DNA of 64,000 bases from Pseudooceanicola sp. (GTDB taxonomy: Bacteria; Pseudomonadota; Alphaproteobacteria; Rhodobacterales; Rhodobacteraceae). The notes beneath the pieces were generated by a model, which was not told where the DNA came from, did no database searches, and was given only the letters and a program-made list of their open reading frames with translations. Positions 37,992 to 49,400 of the stretch are shown here, piece by piece. The position numbers and the translations under genes were made by a program. The number at the start of each line of letters is the position of its first letter. The first letter of the stretch is position 1. The stretch covers positions 2,301 through 66,300 of the forward strand of contig PAPR01000078.1 in assembly GCA_002709085.1 (NCBI GenBank), written 5' to 3'.

Positions 37992-38417
37992 ATGGCCGCG
38001 CGCAGCACGAACCCGTCTGTCGGCCTGAACGCCGTAACGGGCGGTGTAATCGAGGGCTGGCCGCATGTGGCCCAGAGCCTGCAGGACATCTTCACCACGC
38101 GGTTTGGCGCTCGGATCATGCGCGAATGGTATGGATCGTTTGTTCCCAACCTGCTGGGGCGTACTATTACGCCCAATGAGGTGACGCCGTGGTTTGCCGC
38201 GGTCACGTCCGCGATCGAGCAATTCGAGCCGCGCTACCGGGTGACCCGCATTCAGATCGTCGAGGTGACCCGGGACGGACGGCTGCATTTCTTCCTCGAG
38301 GGTGAGTACCGGCCACGGGCGACCTATGGCGACTTCACGGTTGAGGGCGCACGGCGCATCAACGCCTATGCCAATCCCGACGGGGTGCTGATCGAAGAGC
38401 GTGAGGCTGAGACATGA
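37992..38417 (+). CDS. Baseplate wedge protein (gpW/gp25-like)
   Basis: HVAQSLQDIFTTRFGARIMREWYGS...EPR. Confidence 0.9.
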   Translation: MAARSTNPSVGLNAVTGGVIEGWPHVAQSLQDIFTTRFGARIMREWYGSFVPNLLGRTITPNEVTPWFAAVTSAIEQFEPRYRVTRIQIVEVTRDGRLHFFLEGEYRPRATYGDFTVEGARRINAYANPDGVLIEEREAET

Positions 38418-39301
38418 GCCGTTTCACCGCCATCAACCTTTCCGGTCTGACGCCGCCGGACGTGATCGAGACGCTGGACTATGAGGCGATCGTCAGTGAC
38501 ATGCGCGATGATCTCGTCGCGCGGTTTCCGGACATCGCCGGCGTCATCGATCTCGAAAGCGAGCCTGCGCGCAAGCTGATCGAGGCCTTTGCCTATCGCG
38601 AACTGCTCCTGCGCGCACGGATCAATGATGCTGCCCGGTCTGTGCTGTTGGCCACGGCCTATGGCAGGAACCTCGATCATCTGGCGGCGCTTTTCGCCAC
38701 GGCTCGGATGCAGGTTGAGGACGAGACCGGTGCACTGGTCGCTGAAGACGATGCGCGCCTGCGGCGCCGGGTGCAACTCGCGCCCGACGCCTTTTCGGTT
38801 GCGGGGCCAGATGGGGCCTATGTGTACCATGCTCTCGGTGCCGCCCCTTGGGCGCGGGATGCCACCGCGATCATGACCACGCCGGGGCGCGTGCGCGTGA
38901 CCATTTTGCGCGCCGGCCATGACCCTGTGCCGAGCCTAGAAGAACGCGAAACCGTTCGCCTATCGCTCATCGACAATGACGTTCGGCCGCTTACCGACAT
39001 GGTTGAGGTGCTGGGACCTGCCGTACATCCGGTCACCATCAACGCGAGGCTGACCCTCTATCCTGGCCCAGACGGCAATCTGGTGCGCGACCGCGCGGTC
39101 AGCGCGTTGACCTCGTGGGTGGAAACGAACCGGATGCTGGGCATGAACCTGCGCCGCTCGGCCATCTTCTCGAAACTGCACCAGGAAGGTGTGCATTCGG
39201 TAGACCTGACCTCACCTGCCGCGGACATCGTTCTGGGGCCGACCGAGGTCTACGCCGTCGAGGCCATCACCATCACGGTCGCGGACCTGCGCGACGCGTA
39301 G
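38414..39301 (+). CDS. Baseplate J protein
   Basis: ESEP, LDHLAA, SVAGP.GAY, RPLTD. Confidence 0.92.
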   Translation: MSRFTAINLSGLTPPDVIETLDYEAIVSDMRDDLVARFPDIAGVIDLESEPARKLIEAFAYRELLLRARINDAARSVLLATAYGRNLDHLAALFATARMQVEDETGALVAEDDARLRRRVQLAPDAFSVAGPDGAYVYHALGAAPWARDATAIMTTPGRVRVTILRAGHDPVPSLEERETVRLSLIDNDVRPLTDMVEVLGPAVHPVTINARLTLYPGPDGNLVRDRAVSALTSWVETNRMLGMNLRRSAIFSKLHQEGVHSVDLTSPAADIVLGPTEVYAVEAITITVADLRDA

Positions 39302-39312
39302 GAGCGCCGCCG

Positions 39313-40572
39313 ATGGCCCAAGAAACCTTGCTGCCCGACAACCGAACGGCCTTTGAGGAGGCCGCTGACCTCACCGGCGCGCGCATCGCTGACCTGCCGG
39401 TCGCCCTGCGCAAGCTCGTCCAGCCCGCGGCGGTCCCGACACCCCATCTGCCCTGGCTCGCTTGGGGCTTATCGGTCGATCTCTGGGGCAAGGATTGGCC
39501 GGAGGAGAAAAAACGCGCGCGCACCGCGCGGTCGCTGGCGTTTCACGCGATCAAGGGCACACAAACCGCCATAGCCGAGGCGCTTGCGGTCATGGGCGCC
39601 GAAGCACGGCGCTTCATCGTGCCGCCGGCCAAGACCTATCTGTCAAAAGCGCTGACCGAGGCGGAACGTGCAGCCTATCTCGACCGCTTCGCGCAGTTGA
39701 GGGTTTATCCCTTCGTTGCCCGGGGTGTTTCCGGCCGAAACACCCGGTTTTTGTCGGCGCCGGACGGCCCGGGCACGGCTTTCGCAGGGCCAAATAATCC
39801 CGTCTCGATTGCCGAGACCAAATATGTGCGCACGGCAAAACTCTTTGACCGTGGCGCGGAAACCGTTCTGACGGTTCGCACGGTGACCCCAGAACGCGTT
39901 GGGGATTTCAACGCGATTTCCTATGACGAGGTGGTGCTGGCCCCCAAGCCCACAGCGGCCATTCATCTCGGCGATCGGCCGAAAGCGCAGGCCTTCCTGA
40001 TCGACGATATCGGCGTGCGCCAGCGGATTGTCCGCATCCCGCGTGATGAGACCTACAGCTATCGGCTTGGCCGGGAACAATACACAACGGTCCTGCCCAA
40101 GGGCGACCTGATCGACGTGCGCCCGCAGCAAGTGGCGGAAACGCATGCGGCGCAGGCGACGTCCCTGTTTCCGGGGGCCGCGGGGCAGCGTGTCTCTGGC
40201 GCCTGCCTGCCGGAAACAATCGCCTGGCAGCATCTCTACGATCGCTGGCACATTCACGATCCGGACCGCGTACTCGATGAGCGCAAGCGGTCCACCCATC
40301 TGGGCTACACCCGGCTTGGGATGCCGCCCTATACGGCTGAGGTGCTGACCCGCATCACGGGGAAGCGTCCTCCGCGGACGGCAGGCCGTTTCGTCAATGG
40401 CTATGTCGTGGCCGCCAGCACCAAGCCCGTCGCGGATGCGCGCGCAGCGGTGATGGTCGCCAAATCGCTGCGAGACAAGGTCCTGATCAACACAAAGACC
40501 TGGCGCTTGCCGCGACCGGGCGACCGCCGCGCTGTGGGGGATCTCACGCTCGGCGCATTGACAGAGGTTTGA
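39313..40572 (+). CDS. Tail protein I-like (extended)
   Basis: LLPDN, LPWLAWGLSVDLW, H..KGT. Confidence 0.85.
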   Translation: MAQETLLPDNRTAFEEAADLTGARIADLPVALRKLVQPAAVPTPHLPWLAWGLSVDLWGKDWPEEKKRARTARSLAFHAIKGTQTAIAEALAVMGAEARRFIVPPAKTYLSKALTEAERAAYLDRFAQLRVYPFVARGVSGRNTRFLSAPDGPGTAFAGPNNPVSIAETKYVRTAKLFDRGAETVLTVRTVTPERVGDFNAISYDEVVLAPKPTAAIHLGDRPKAQAFLIDDIGVRQRIVRIPRDETYSYRLGREQYTTVLPKGDLIDVRPQQVAETHAAQATSLFPGAAGQRVSGACLPETIAWQHLYDRWHIHDPDRVLDERKRSTHLGYTRLGMPPYTAEVLTRITGKRPPRTAGRFVNGYVVAASTKPVADARAAVMVAKSLRDKVLINTKTWRLPRPGDRRAVGDLTLGALTEV

Positions 40573-40575
40573 GGC

Positions 40576-42882
40576 ATGGAACGCACCGTCATCTACCGCG
40601 ATCGGCAGGAACTGCAATCCGCCGATCTTAACAACATGCAGGATTTTGGCCGCGCCTCGATGGACCATATCGTTCGCGATGCGCTTGAAGCTGGCAAAGC
40701 CTATTCGGGGTTTTCCGCCACGAAAACCGCTGCCACAGAACTCACGTTGTCGGCAGGCAGGCTTTACGCTGGCGGGGCGGTCTATGCGCGCGGCGAGGAC
40801 ATTATCGTTGATCTCTTTAACGTGCTGCCCCTGGTGACCCGCAAACGCGTGGCGATTGTCAGTTTCGGCCAGGAGGTCGAAACGGACATCCAGCCGCGCG
40901 ACTTTCTGATCGATGCACAAACGGGCACAACCGAGCCGCAATCTGTGGCCATGGAAAGCCTGCGCCGCGCAGAGATTTCCACCGTGGCCGGCACCGAAGG
41001 GCCGGACCCAAGCTATCCCGCGACAGATGCCAATGTGACAGTCATCGCCTATGTGCTTTTGGACACCTCTGGGGTGGTTGCCATCGAGCAGTGGCAGGCC
41101 ACGCAACTGCCGAACCTGCGCAATGTCGCCAACCGCACAATCGCGCTGGAAAACTGGCGCGGGCAGATCAGCGGTCAGGTGGACACGCTGCGCACGGACC
41201 TGTCTACGCTGGCGGATCGGCTGGCGGGCTATGCCACCAAGGCCGAGATTGTCGAACTGACGGAACAGCTCGATGAGCTGCGGACAGAGGTCTATGCGCC
41301 GGGCGCCTATATCTACTACGGCACCAACCACTTCCTGACGGCAGAAGGCTCGAACGTCGATCACCCGGATTTCGATGCGGTGGTCGAGGAAGGCATTCGC
41401 TTCCCACGGGCTGGGTCGGAAACTTCAGAGCTGGCGCTTCTGAACCCCAACAATGTCTACATCGCCAATACCAGCGGGTTTGTGCTGCCCAAATATGCCC
41501 ATGGCGTCCGGCTGGATCTGACGGGCTACGCCTCCGAGACGCGGCTTGCCCAATACACCTTCGAGACCTCCGAGATCCGTCAGCTCACGCGGGCGCGTAC
41601 ACGTCGGCGCTATGGCAATTCCATGGTGGTCTGCACCAACAGTCGCTGGTGGCGCCAGGGCACCTATGATCTCGCGGGCAATGTCTTCCGCCGGGATGGC
41701 GAGACCTGGGAGGTCACCAATGGTCTGCCGGACCGCATGCCCAATGGCGCGCGGGTGCCCAATGGCAATGTGCATTGGATCCGGGTGCGGCGGTTTTGGA
41801 TCGATACCTATGAGGAGCAATACTGGGACCGGGTGACCACCTCGGCCACGATCAATGGCCAGCAGGTGGCCCAGACTTTCCTGAACTCGCAGGATGGCTG
41901 GCTGAGCCAAGTTGGGCTTTATTTCTCGCGCAAGGCCGCGGCGGGCGATGTGACGGTGCTCGTGACCGAGACCGCCTTCGGCATGCCGGACCTGTCCCGG
42001 GTGATTTCTCGCACGACCCTGCCGGTCCTCGACATTCAGGTGGGAGCGATTTCCACGGAAGTTGGCCTGCCGTCGCTGGTGGAAACCAAGCTACCGATCA
42101 CGCCGACCTTCCTGACGGCGGGACGGCGCTACGCCATCGTGCTGGTCACTACGGGCGATCACTATGTCGCCATGACCAATACAGACAACGGGGTGGTCCA
42201 GGGCACCTTCTTCGTCTCAACCGACGGCGCGTTCTTTGCGGGCAACCTCGTCGATGACATGAAGATGCGGCTCTACTTCGCGCGCTTCGAGCGCACGCGG
42301 CTCTCGGTCGAGCTGACAGCCCTGCAGCTGGCGGGCGGCATTCTCGATCTCGATGTGCTGCATCCCGGCGTGACCCCACCTGCCTGTCGCACGGATATCG
42401 AGGTGCAGGTGAACGGGGCCTGGGTGGCGCTTGATGGTGAGGCCAATGGGCCGGACCTTTCGAGCCTGCCCCCACTTCTGCCACTCCGGGTGACGCTCAC
42501 GGGCACCACGGACCTGATGCCAGGCTTTGGCTTAACCGGCTCGCAGGCTGTGGCGACGCGCCCCAAGACGGCCTTCACCTGGGTGTCAGACGCCCGCACG
42601 CTCGGCTCGCCCACAACCAGCGTCAAGGTGGTCACCGATCTGCAGCATTTTGAAGAGGCAAACCACGATTGCACCATCACCTTGCTGACAGGGGTGGGTC
42701 TCACCGGCACCGAGGCGGCCGATGTGGTCGAAGATGTGGTCTTGGCCGATGGCACGGTGCGGCGGACTTCAGTTTTCAATGTGACCTCGGTCAGCACCTA
42801 TGCGGTCAAGATTGTCGGCTCGACCGTCAGCGCGGCACTGCCGTTCCTCGTCAGCGAACTGATCGAATACGCGCAAAGCTGA
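40576..42882 (+). CDS. Large baseplate/tail-associated structural protein
   Basis: 768-aa ORF with GAGG RBS; AQTF...GLYFSRK motif seen in virion proteins. Confidence 0.65.
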   Translation: MERTVIYRDRQELQSADLNNMQDFGRASMDHIVRDALEAGKAYSGFSATKTAATELTLSAGRLYAGGAVYARGEDIIVDLFNVLPLVTRKRVAIVSFGQEVETDIQPRDFLIDAQTGTTEPQSVAMESLRRAEISTVAGTEGPDPSYPATDANVTVIAYVLLDTSGVVAIEQWQATQLPNLRNVANRTIALENWRGQISGQVDTLRTDLSTLADRLAGYATKAEIVELTEQLDELRTEVYAPGAYIYYGTNHFLTAEGSNVDHPDFDAVVEEGIRFPRAGSETSELALLNPNNVYIANTSGFVLPKYAHGVRLDLTGYASETRLAQYTFETSEIRQLTRARTRRRYGNSMVVCTNSRWWRQGTYDLAGNVFRRDGETWEVTNGLPDRMPNGARVPNGNVHWIRVRRFWIDTYEEQYWDRVTTSATINGQQVAQTFLNSQDGWLSQVGLYFSRKAAAGDVTVLVTETAFGMPDLSRVISRTTLPVLDIQVGAISTEVGLPSLVETKLPITPTFLTAGRRYAIVLVTTGDHYVAMTNTDNGVVQGTFFVSTDGAFFAGNLVDDMKMRLYFARFERTRLSVELTALQLAGGILDLDVLHPGVTPPACRTDIEVQVNGAWVALDGEANGPDLSSLPPLLPLRVTLTGTTDLMPGFGLTGSQAVATRPKTAFTWVSDARTLGSPTTSVKVVTDLQHFEEANHDCTITLLTGVGLTGTEAADVVEDVVLADGTVRRTSVFNVTSVSTYAVKIVGSTVSAALPFLVSELIEYAQS

Positions 42883-42919
42883 TCGAGGCCGACCCCACCA
42901 TCTCAAGGAAACACAAACC

Positions 42920-43090
42920 ATGGCCTCCAAACCGACCCATTACCGGGTGACGGTGAACCGTCCTCTTGAATTCGCCGGTGCCCGGTTTCGACCGGGCGCG
43001 CGCTACACCGTCACCGCGGCAATCTTCGACGGCCTGTCCGCAGAGCACCCTGAGGCCATCGCCACATCCGAGCCTCTGAAGAAGGGCTGA
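42920..43090 (+). CDS. Small protein (56 aa), not in the ORF track
   Basis: AAGGA RBS; MASKPTHYRVTVNRPLEFAGARFRPGARYTV...KKG*; fills the intergenic gap. Confidence 0.65.
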   Translation: MASKPTHYRVTVNRPLEFAGARFRPGARYTVTAAIFDGLSAEHPEAIATSEPLKKG

Positions 43091-43094
43091 CGCC

Positions 43095-43901
43095 ATGCTG
43101 AGGTTCGAAGACCTACGCGTGCGCGACAATCAGGATCTCGATCGGGATTTTTTCAACCGCCGCTATCGCCTGATTGCCGAAAGCCTTGGCGATCTTGATG
43201 CTCAACTGGCGCGCATTCGCGGGGCCACTGACAATCTGGTGACCCTCGGCCTGACCCGCGTGAATGAGGTCTTGGGCCCTGCGCTGGCCACAGCCACGGC
43301 CGCGGCAGAAAACGGGTTTCTGGTGGCCACATCGGCGACGCCACTCACCGTCTCGGTGGGCCTGCAGACAACCTTTGAGATCGATGGCACGCCCGCACGC
43401 GCGCTCTTTGCGCCCACGCCCTATGTCGTGCTGACACGCGATGGGGGCGGTAGCCTGAACGACTGGGCGGTGTTCCGGGTCGATGACTACACCCGCGAGA
43501 ACGGCGGCCTTGCCGGCAAAATCGTGGCCGTCAACGGCGATATCGGTGCGGCAGAGCATGACGACTGGGTGATCTCGGCCAGCGCGGGGCTCGCAGCCTC
43601 GGTGATCGAAACCGCGGCCGCGGTCTCAAGCGCGCTGGCTCTGGCCCAGCAGGCAGCACAGGATGCGGCCGCGGCTGCGGATATTGCAGAAAGCGTGCTG
43701 GCCAACGGGCCGGTGTCCTCCGTGAATGGTCAGGCGGGGGAGGTGGCGCTCGGGATCGGAGATATACCAAGCCTCACGGCGCAACTGGCCAGCAAGGCGG
43801 CCAGCACCCATGGCCATACCATCGCGCAGATTTCCAACCTGCAGTCCACATTGGCTGCGCTGCAGGGTCGGATCGATCTGGTCGATGGCGGCACATATTG
43901 A
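43095..43901 (+). CDS. Tail fibre-associated protein
   Basis: VSSVNGQAGEV, HGHTIAQISNLQ and DGGTY tail-fibre-type motifs. Confidence 0.7.
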   Translation: MLRFEDLRVRDNQDLDRDFFNRRYRLIAESLGDLDAQLARIRGATDNLVTLGLTRVNEVLGPALATATAAAENGFLVATSATPLTVSVGLQTTFEIDGTPARALFAPTPYVVLTRDGGGSLNDWAVFRVDDYTRENGGLAGKIVAVNGDIGAAEHDDWVISASAGLAASVIETAAAVSSALALAQQAAQDAAAAADIAESVLANGPVSSVNGQAGEVALGIGDIPSLTAQLASKAASTHGHTIAQISNLQSTLAALQGRIDLVDGGTY

Positions 43902-43912
43902 TGGAGGCAGGC

Positions 43913-44140
43913 ATGATGCGATCCGCCCTGACAGAGATCAGCGCAAAGCTGGCGATCACCGATGTGCGTGATGTGCAGGTGACAGATGTCGTTGAGGACG
44001 GGGTGGGCGGGTTTGTCCGTGCGCTCCGGGTCTTCGGAGAACCCAACACATCTGCAGGCCCGGCGCTGATCCTCGAAGTTCAAATCCAGTCGGGCACGAA
44101 GACCGACCTCGATATCACGACACCGACATTGTCGTTCTGA
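43913..44140 (+). CDS. Small hypothetical protein
   Basis: GGAGG RBS; operon position. Confidence 0.6.
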   Translation: MMRSALTEISAKLAITDVRDVQVTDVVEDGVGGFVRALRVFGEPNTSAGPALILEVQIQSGTKTDLDITTPTLSF

Positions 44141-44231
44141 GCCTCGGCCGGCGGCGCCTTCCACACATCCGAGTTTCCTCCTGTGCCGCTGACGTCTGCG
44201 CGGGAGGTCGGCTATTCAAGGAGACCTTCTC

Positions 44232-45479
44232 ATGTCCGACCCGAGTTTCGGGATTTCCATCGCGCGGATTGACACCGAGCCGCGTCCGCCCGTCTGGAGC
44301 GATATGTCCGTTGTCGGCATCATCGGAACAGCCCCTGAGGCCGATGCGGCGGTGTTTCCCGCCGACACCCCGGTCTTTCTCTATTCCGACGATGCCACCA
44401 AGCTGACAGCGCTTGGCGCCACCGGCACGTTGCGGGACGCGGTGACGCTGATCAACGCGCAGCTCGGCGACTTCCAGGTGGCCGCCAAGGTGGTCATAGT
44501 CCGGGTCGAAGACGGGATCGATACCGATGCCACCCTCGCCAATATTGTGGGCGATGGGGTCTCCACCGGCCTGCAGGCGTTCATTGCCGCGGGTCCCGAG
44601 CTGGGCATCATCCCACGCCTGATCTGCGCCCCAGGATTTACCAGCCAGCGCAGTATCGGTGAGGCCAATCCGGTCTGTGCAGCCCTGCCAGCCATCTGTG
44701 AAAAACTCCTCGCTCATGCGGTCGTTGACGGTCCAGCAACCACCGAACAGGACGCGATCGATTGGCGCGAGACGATTGCGTCGCAGCGACTGATCCCGGT
44801 CGACCCCGCAGTCAAAGTGTTTGAGGATGGCGTGTCCGTTGTTCAGCCGCTGTCACCGGCCGTGATCGGCATCGGCGTGCGTCGCGATCATGAAAAGCAG
44901 GGCCGCCCCTTCCACAGCTGGGCCAACCAGCCGGTGCAGGGCATTGTCGGGCCGTCGCGTCCGATCAACTTCTCGCTCACCGATGGCGCCACAGAGGGGC
45001 AACGGCTCTTGTCGGCAAATATTGGCGTGCTCTTGCGCGGTGAGATGGGTGTGGAGAGCGCCATCGGCCAAGGTGGCTTCATCTTCGTGGGCACGGACAA
45101 CGCAGGTGAGGACGACCTCTGGCGGTTTTACAATGTCTCCCGCGGGCGCGACTTCATCCACCTGATGCTGCTCAGGACCCTGCGGTTTTATCTCGGGCGG
45201 TTCAATGTCACGGGCCAGACCGTGCAGGCGATCCTGAACACGATGGAAACCGGCCTGCGCAACCTCAAGGCCGATGGCGACATCCTGGGCTTCGAGATCA
45301 AGTTCACGCGAGATCAGAACACGCCCGAGGAACTGCGCCAGGGCCGTTTCACCGTCACCTTCGCCGCCGAAGAGGCCCCGGTGCTGCGCTATCTGGGCGT
45401 TCAATCTGCGCGCTATCGCCCGGCGCTTGATGCGCTGCTCGATGATCTGCTGGCGCAGGTCGGCACCATCACCGGATAA
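44232..45479 (+). CDS. Tail sheath protein
   Basis: VVGIIGTAP, PRLICAPGFT, SWANQ, P2 FI-like. Confidence 0.92.
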   Translation: MSDPSFGISIARIDTEPRPPVWSDMSVVGIIGTAPEADAAVFPADTPVFLYSDDATKLTALGATGTLRDAVTLINAQLGDFQVAAKVVIVRVEDGIDTDATLANIVGDGVSTGLQAFIAAGPELGIIPRLICAPGFTSQRSIGEANPVCAALPAICEKLLAHAVVDGPATTEQDAIDWRETIASQRLIPVDPAVKVFEDGVSVVQPLSPAVIGIGVRRDHEKQGRPFHSWANQPVQGIVGPSRPINFSLTDGATEGQRLLSANIGVLLRGEMGVESAIGQGGFIFVGTDNAGEDDLWRFYNVSRGRDFIHLMLLRTLRFYLGRFNVTGQTVQAILNTMETGLRNLKADGDILGFEIKFTRDQNTPEELRQGRFTVTFAAEEAPVLRYLGVQSARYRPALDALLDDLLAQVGTITG

Positions 45480-45491
45480 GGGGGAAAGATC

Positions 45492-46028
45492 ATGAGCACT
45501 ATCTACGTCATGGAGGCTGCAAACCTCTTTTGCGGCGATGAAAACCCCACGGCCTCGAAGCACCTGACGCTGACCGAGTTGCAGCTGCCGAACCTGCAGG
45601 AAATCACCCAAGACCACCACCCTGGCGGCTCGCGCATGCAGATCGAGGTGGCCCTCGGCATTCAGAAGCTCGAGGCCAGCTTCAAGCTGGCGGGCTGGGA
45701 TCCAGACTTGCTGACGCAGTTTGGGCTGGGTGCCACGGCGCGCAAGAAGTTCACCGCCTATGGCTCGGTGCGTGACAAGCGCAGCGGCGTGGCCATTGAA
45801 GCCAAGGCGGTGCTGGAGGGCCGTCTGGGCACCGCCAACCCAGAGGCGTTCCAGCGCGGCGAGATGCAGGGGTTTGATTACGCCATCAACGAAATCCTGC
45901 ATTACGAGCTCTATTTCGAGGGGGCCGAGAAATACTACTGGGACTTCTTCACCACCGACTGGCGGGTGAATGGCGTGTCGCAAAACGCAGATGAGCGCGC
46001 GATCCTGCGCATCCCGAACGGTTTTTGA
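45492..46028 (+). CDS. Major tail tube protein (P2 FII-like)
   Basis: Follows sheath; LP.L...GG...KLEASF...RVNGV. Confidence 0.9.
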   Translation: MSTIYVMEAANLFCGDENPTASKHLTLTELQLPNLQEITQDHHPGGSRMQIEVALGIQKLEASFKLAGWDPDLLTQFGLGATARKKFTAYGSVRDKRSGVAIEAKAVLEGRLGTANPEAFQRGEMQGFDYAINEILHYELYFEGAEKYYWDFFTTDWRVNGVSQNADERAILRIPNGF

Positions 46029-46036
46029 GGTGACCC

Positions 46037-46357
46037 ATGTCTGATGCAGCAAAACAAAAGACCGTTTCCCTGTCCGTGCCGGTGACGTTCGAGGGCCGCG
46101 AGATCACCGAGATCCGCATCACCAAGCCCAAGGTCAAAGACCTCAAGCGGATGAATGCCGCGCTCGACGGCATCACCGATCGTCTGGACCAGGGCATTGT
46201 CATGGCCTCAGCTTTGACGGGCTATCCGGTCGAGATGATCGAGGATCTCGACACTGACGACTTCACGGCGCTGTCGGAGGTGATTGCGGATTTTTTCCCA
46301 AAGGGCACGGCTTCGCCTCCTGGCGATCGGTCGTTGCCGAAGCCGCCCACTGGCTGA
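46037..46357 (+). CDS. Tail assembly chaperone; -1 frameshift extension to 46455
   Basis: Lies between tube and tape measure; slippery TTTTTTCCCAAAGGGC at 46291-46306. Confidence 0.88.
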   Translation: MSDAAKQKTVSLSVPVTFEGREITEIRITKPKVKDLKRMNAALDGITDRLDQGIVMASALTGYPVEMIEDLDTDDFTALSEVIADFFPKGTASPPGDRSLPKPPTG

Positions 46358-46458
46358 ACACACCGCTCACGGCCTTTGAGGACATGGACTGGTCCGAGGT
46401 GGTGCTGTGGCACGCCGAGGCCCGTCGCCTCGCGCGAGCTGCGAAGATGAGGTGACGC

Positions 46459-49400
46459 ATGTCGACGCTCACATCCCAACTGGTGATCGAACTGCTGGAC
46501 CGGGTGACGACCCCGGCGCGTCGGGCGGCCAATGCGCTGGCGGGCATTTCGAATACGGTCCGCGAGACCAATGGCCAGCCCATCACATTTGGGGACCGGC
46601 TGAACGCGGCCATAACCCGCAACAACCGCGCGCTGGCGGATGCGCGTGGTGGGCTGGTCGACGCGGTGGCCAGTTTTTACGCCTTGCGCGGTGCGATTGG
46701 CGCGCCGATCGAGGCCGCCTCAGCTTTTGAAAGCGCCATGGCCGATGTGGCCAAGGTGGTGGACTTTCCGTCACCGGAGGCCTTTGCACAGTTCCAGCAG
46801 GACCTCTTTGCGCTCTCGCGCGATATTCCCATCGCGGTGACAGGTCTGGCGGATATTGCTGCGGCGGCTGGACAGGCCGGGATTGCGGGGCAAGACCTGG
46901 TCCGGTTCACGGATGCGGCCGCCCGAATTGGCGTGGCCTTTGATATCAGCGCTGAGCAGGCCGGTGGGTCGATGGCCAACCTGATGACAGCGCTTGGGCT
47001 GACGATCGACGAGACAGTGTCGCTCGCGGATGCGATGAACCATCTGTCCAACAGCCAGGCCTCGAGTGCGGCGGACATTCTCGATGTGGTCCAGCGCGTG
47101 GGCGCACAAGCGACCATGTTCGGCTTCACTGCGGAGGAAACCTCGGCCTTTGCCTCGGCGATGCTGGCTGCGGGCGCGCAAAGCGAGGTAGCGGCGACGA
47201 GTTTCCGCAATATGGGGGCGGCGCTGACGCGAGGGTCTGCGGCAACGCGCGGGCAGCGCGAGGCCCTGCGCGAACTTGGGCTTGATGCGGAAGACACTGC
47301 GCGCTCCATGCAGGAAAACGCGGTTGAGACCACGATCGATGTGCTGCGCCGCATTGGTCAGTTGCCAGCCGAGCAGCGCGCGGCAATCTCAAGCCAGCTC
47401 TTTGGCAAAGAGGCCCGGGCGCTCGGGCCTTTGCTGACCAACCTCGGTTTGGTCGAGGAGACGCTCGGCATGGTTGGGGATCGCGCAACATATGCGGGGT
47501 CTGCTTTTGCGGAGTTTGAGGCGCGCAACAACACGTTCCAGGCCAATATGCAGCGGTTCCAGAATGTTCTGACCGAGCTGCAGATCAATATCGGCAATGC
47601 GCTGATGCCCGCCATTACGCAGCTTACTGAGGCCATCACGCCGCTGATCACTCGGCTGGCTGATCTCGCAGGGGCGTATCCGGAGGTGACGCTGGCGGTG
47701 GTGGGGACGACCGCGGCGGTGATTGCCTTCAAAGGCGCCATGGCGGCGCTGAGCTTTGCGGGGCTTCTGGGGCGTGGGGGTGTTCTGTCGCTGATCGCGG
47801 CAGGGTATAACAGCATTGGACGCGCGGCGATTGGCGCGCGCGCAGCGGCCAGGTCCATGATCGGATTGCAGACTGCGTTGGCGGCCATGTCCGGACAGCC
47901 GCTCGGGACGCTGGGGCGCTTGCGGGCCGGGCTGACCGGGATCGCGCTGGCCGTCCCGGGCGTTGGCGCGTTGTCGTCTGGCATTGCCGCCATCGGCGCA
48001 GCCGTGGCCACGATCTCCGCTCCGGTCTGGGGCGCTTTTGCCGTGGCGGCCGCCGCAGTGGCCGCAGCTGGCCTTGCCCTCTGGCGGTATTGGGATCGGA
48101 TCAGTGCGATCTTCGTCGGTGTGGGACAAGCCATCGGGGAAGCGTTGCAGCCGGGGCTGGACTGGGTTGGCGAAAAGCTGTCTTTTCTGACCCCGCTGGT
48201 CGATGGATTTGGGGCTGCTTGGGATTGGGTACGTGAGTGGCTTTCAGGCCTTGGCGCGTTGCTGTCGGGCCTCTTCACGCGCGAAACCCTGTCCGAGGAA
48301 GACATCGCCCGGATCACGGAACGGGCGCGGGAGGTGACCGAAAACATCATCGGCTGGTTTGCGGGTCTGCCTGAACGGCTTGGTGAGGCCTCAAGCGACC
48401 TGGTCGCGGCGGGCCGCGCTCTGATCCAATCGATCTGGGACGGGGCCGTGGAGCGTTTTGGTGCCTTCATCGACTGGGTCGCAGGCATTCCAGGGCGCAT
48501 CGTGGACGCCATCGGCAGCATTGATCTGTCCAGCCTGATCAGCTTCGGCGAACCGCCGCGCTGGCTGCGCTGGATGATGGGGGAAGAGGAGGTCACGCCG
48601 CCAGAGATCCCGACGCCGCCAAGGCAGGCGGAATTTGACAGCCTGCCTGCAGACCAGCGCTCCGCAGCTGAGACGCTGGCGACGGCCCGTGCGGCCGGCG
48701 ATTTGCCGACGCCGGGCTATCTCAACGACCTGTCAGAATATGCGGGTCAGCTTCGCGATGAGATGTCCGGCGTTCAGGCGCAGATTGACCAGATCGATCA
48801 AAATGGGCCGATGGGCCAGACACTGGTCGCACCCTTGCAGGCCGAGCTGCGCCGGCTGCAAGAGGAGCTGGTGTCTGTCGAGGCCGAGCTGCAAACGGGC
48901 CGTGAGCGCGCGGACGAGGTGACCGAGGCACTTCGGCTGCTTGGCGAGACCGAAGCCGAGCCGGAGATTAACACCGCGTCAATCGACCGGGCGCTTGATC
49001 GGGTTCGAGCACTCCGCGCTGAAATGGCTGCTGCTGAAGGTGGTGTGGCAGCCCCACAAGCGCCGGTGCCGCAGATTGATGGTGCCCGTGCGGACGGCGG
49101 CCCGATCAGCCGGGAGGGCACCTATCTGGTGGGGGAGGAGGGACCAGAACTGGTCACGCCGTCGCGGTCCGGGTTTGTGAACACCTTCGGGGAGATCGCC
49201 GCGGTCGTCACGGCTCTGAACAAACTGCCCGGCATCCTGCTGGCCATAAACGGTGCCGGGCCAGACTTGATCACTGCGCCGGCGCACAATGCGGCGCGCG
49301 ACGTAAGCAAGGGGACGCAACAGCCTGGTCCGCCTGAAGGGGATGTGACTGTGCTTGCGCCCAGACCCAAGCTGACGCCTCCGGACCCGATCGTTGTTCC

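Noticed and set aside
36797-46028. T6SS, eCIS or tailocin suggested by PAAR and sheath
   Set aside because: Full head, terminase, cos and replication modules are present, so a prophage explains it.
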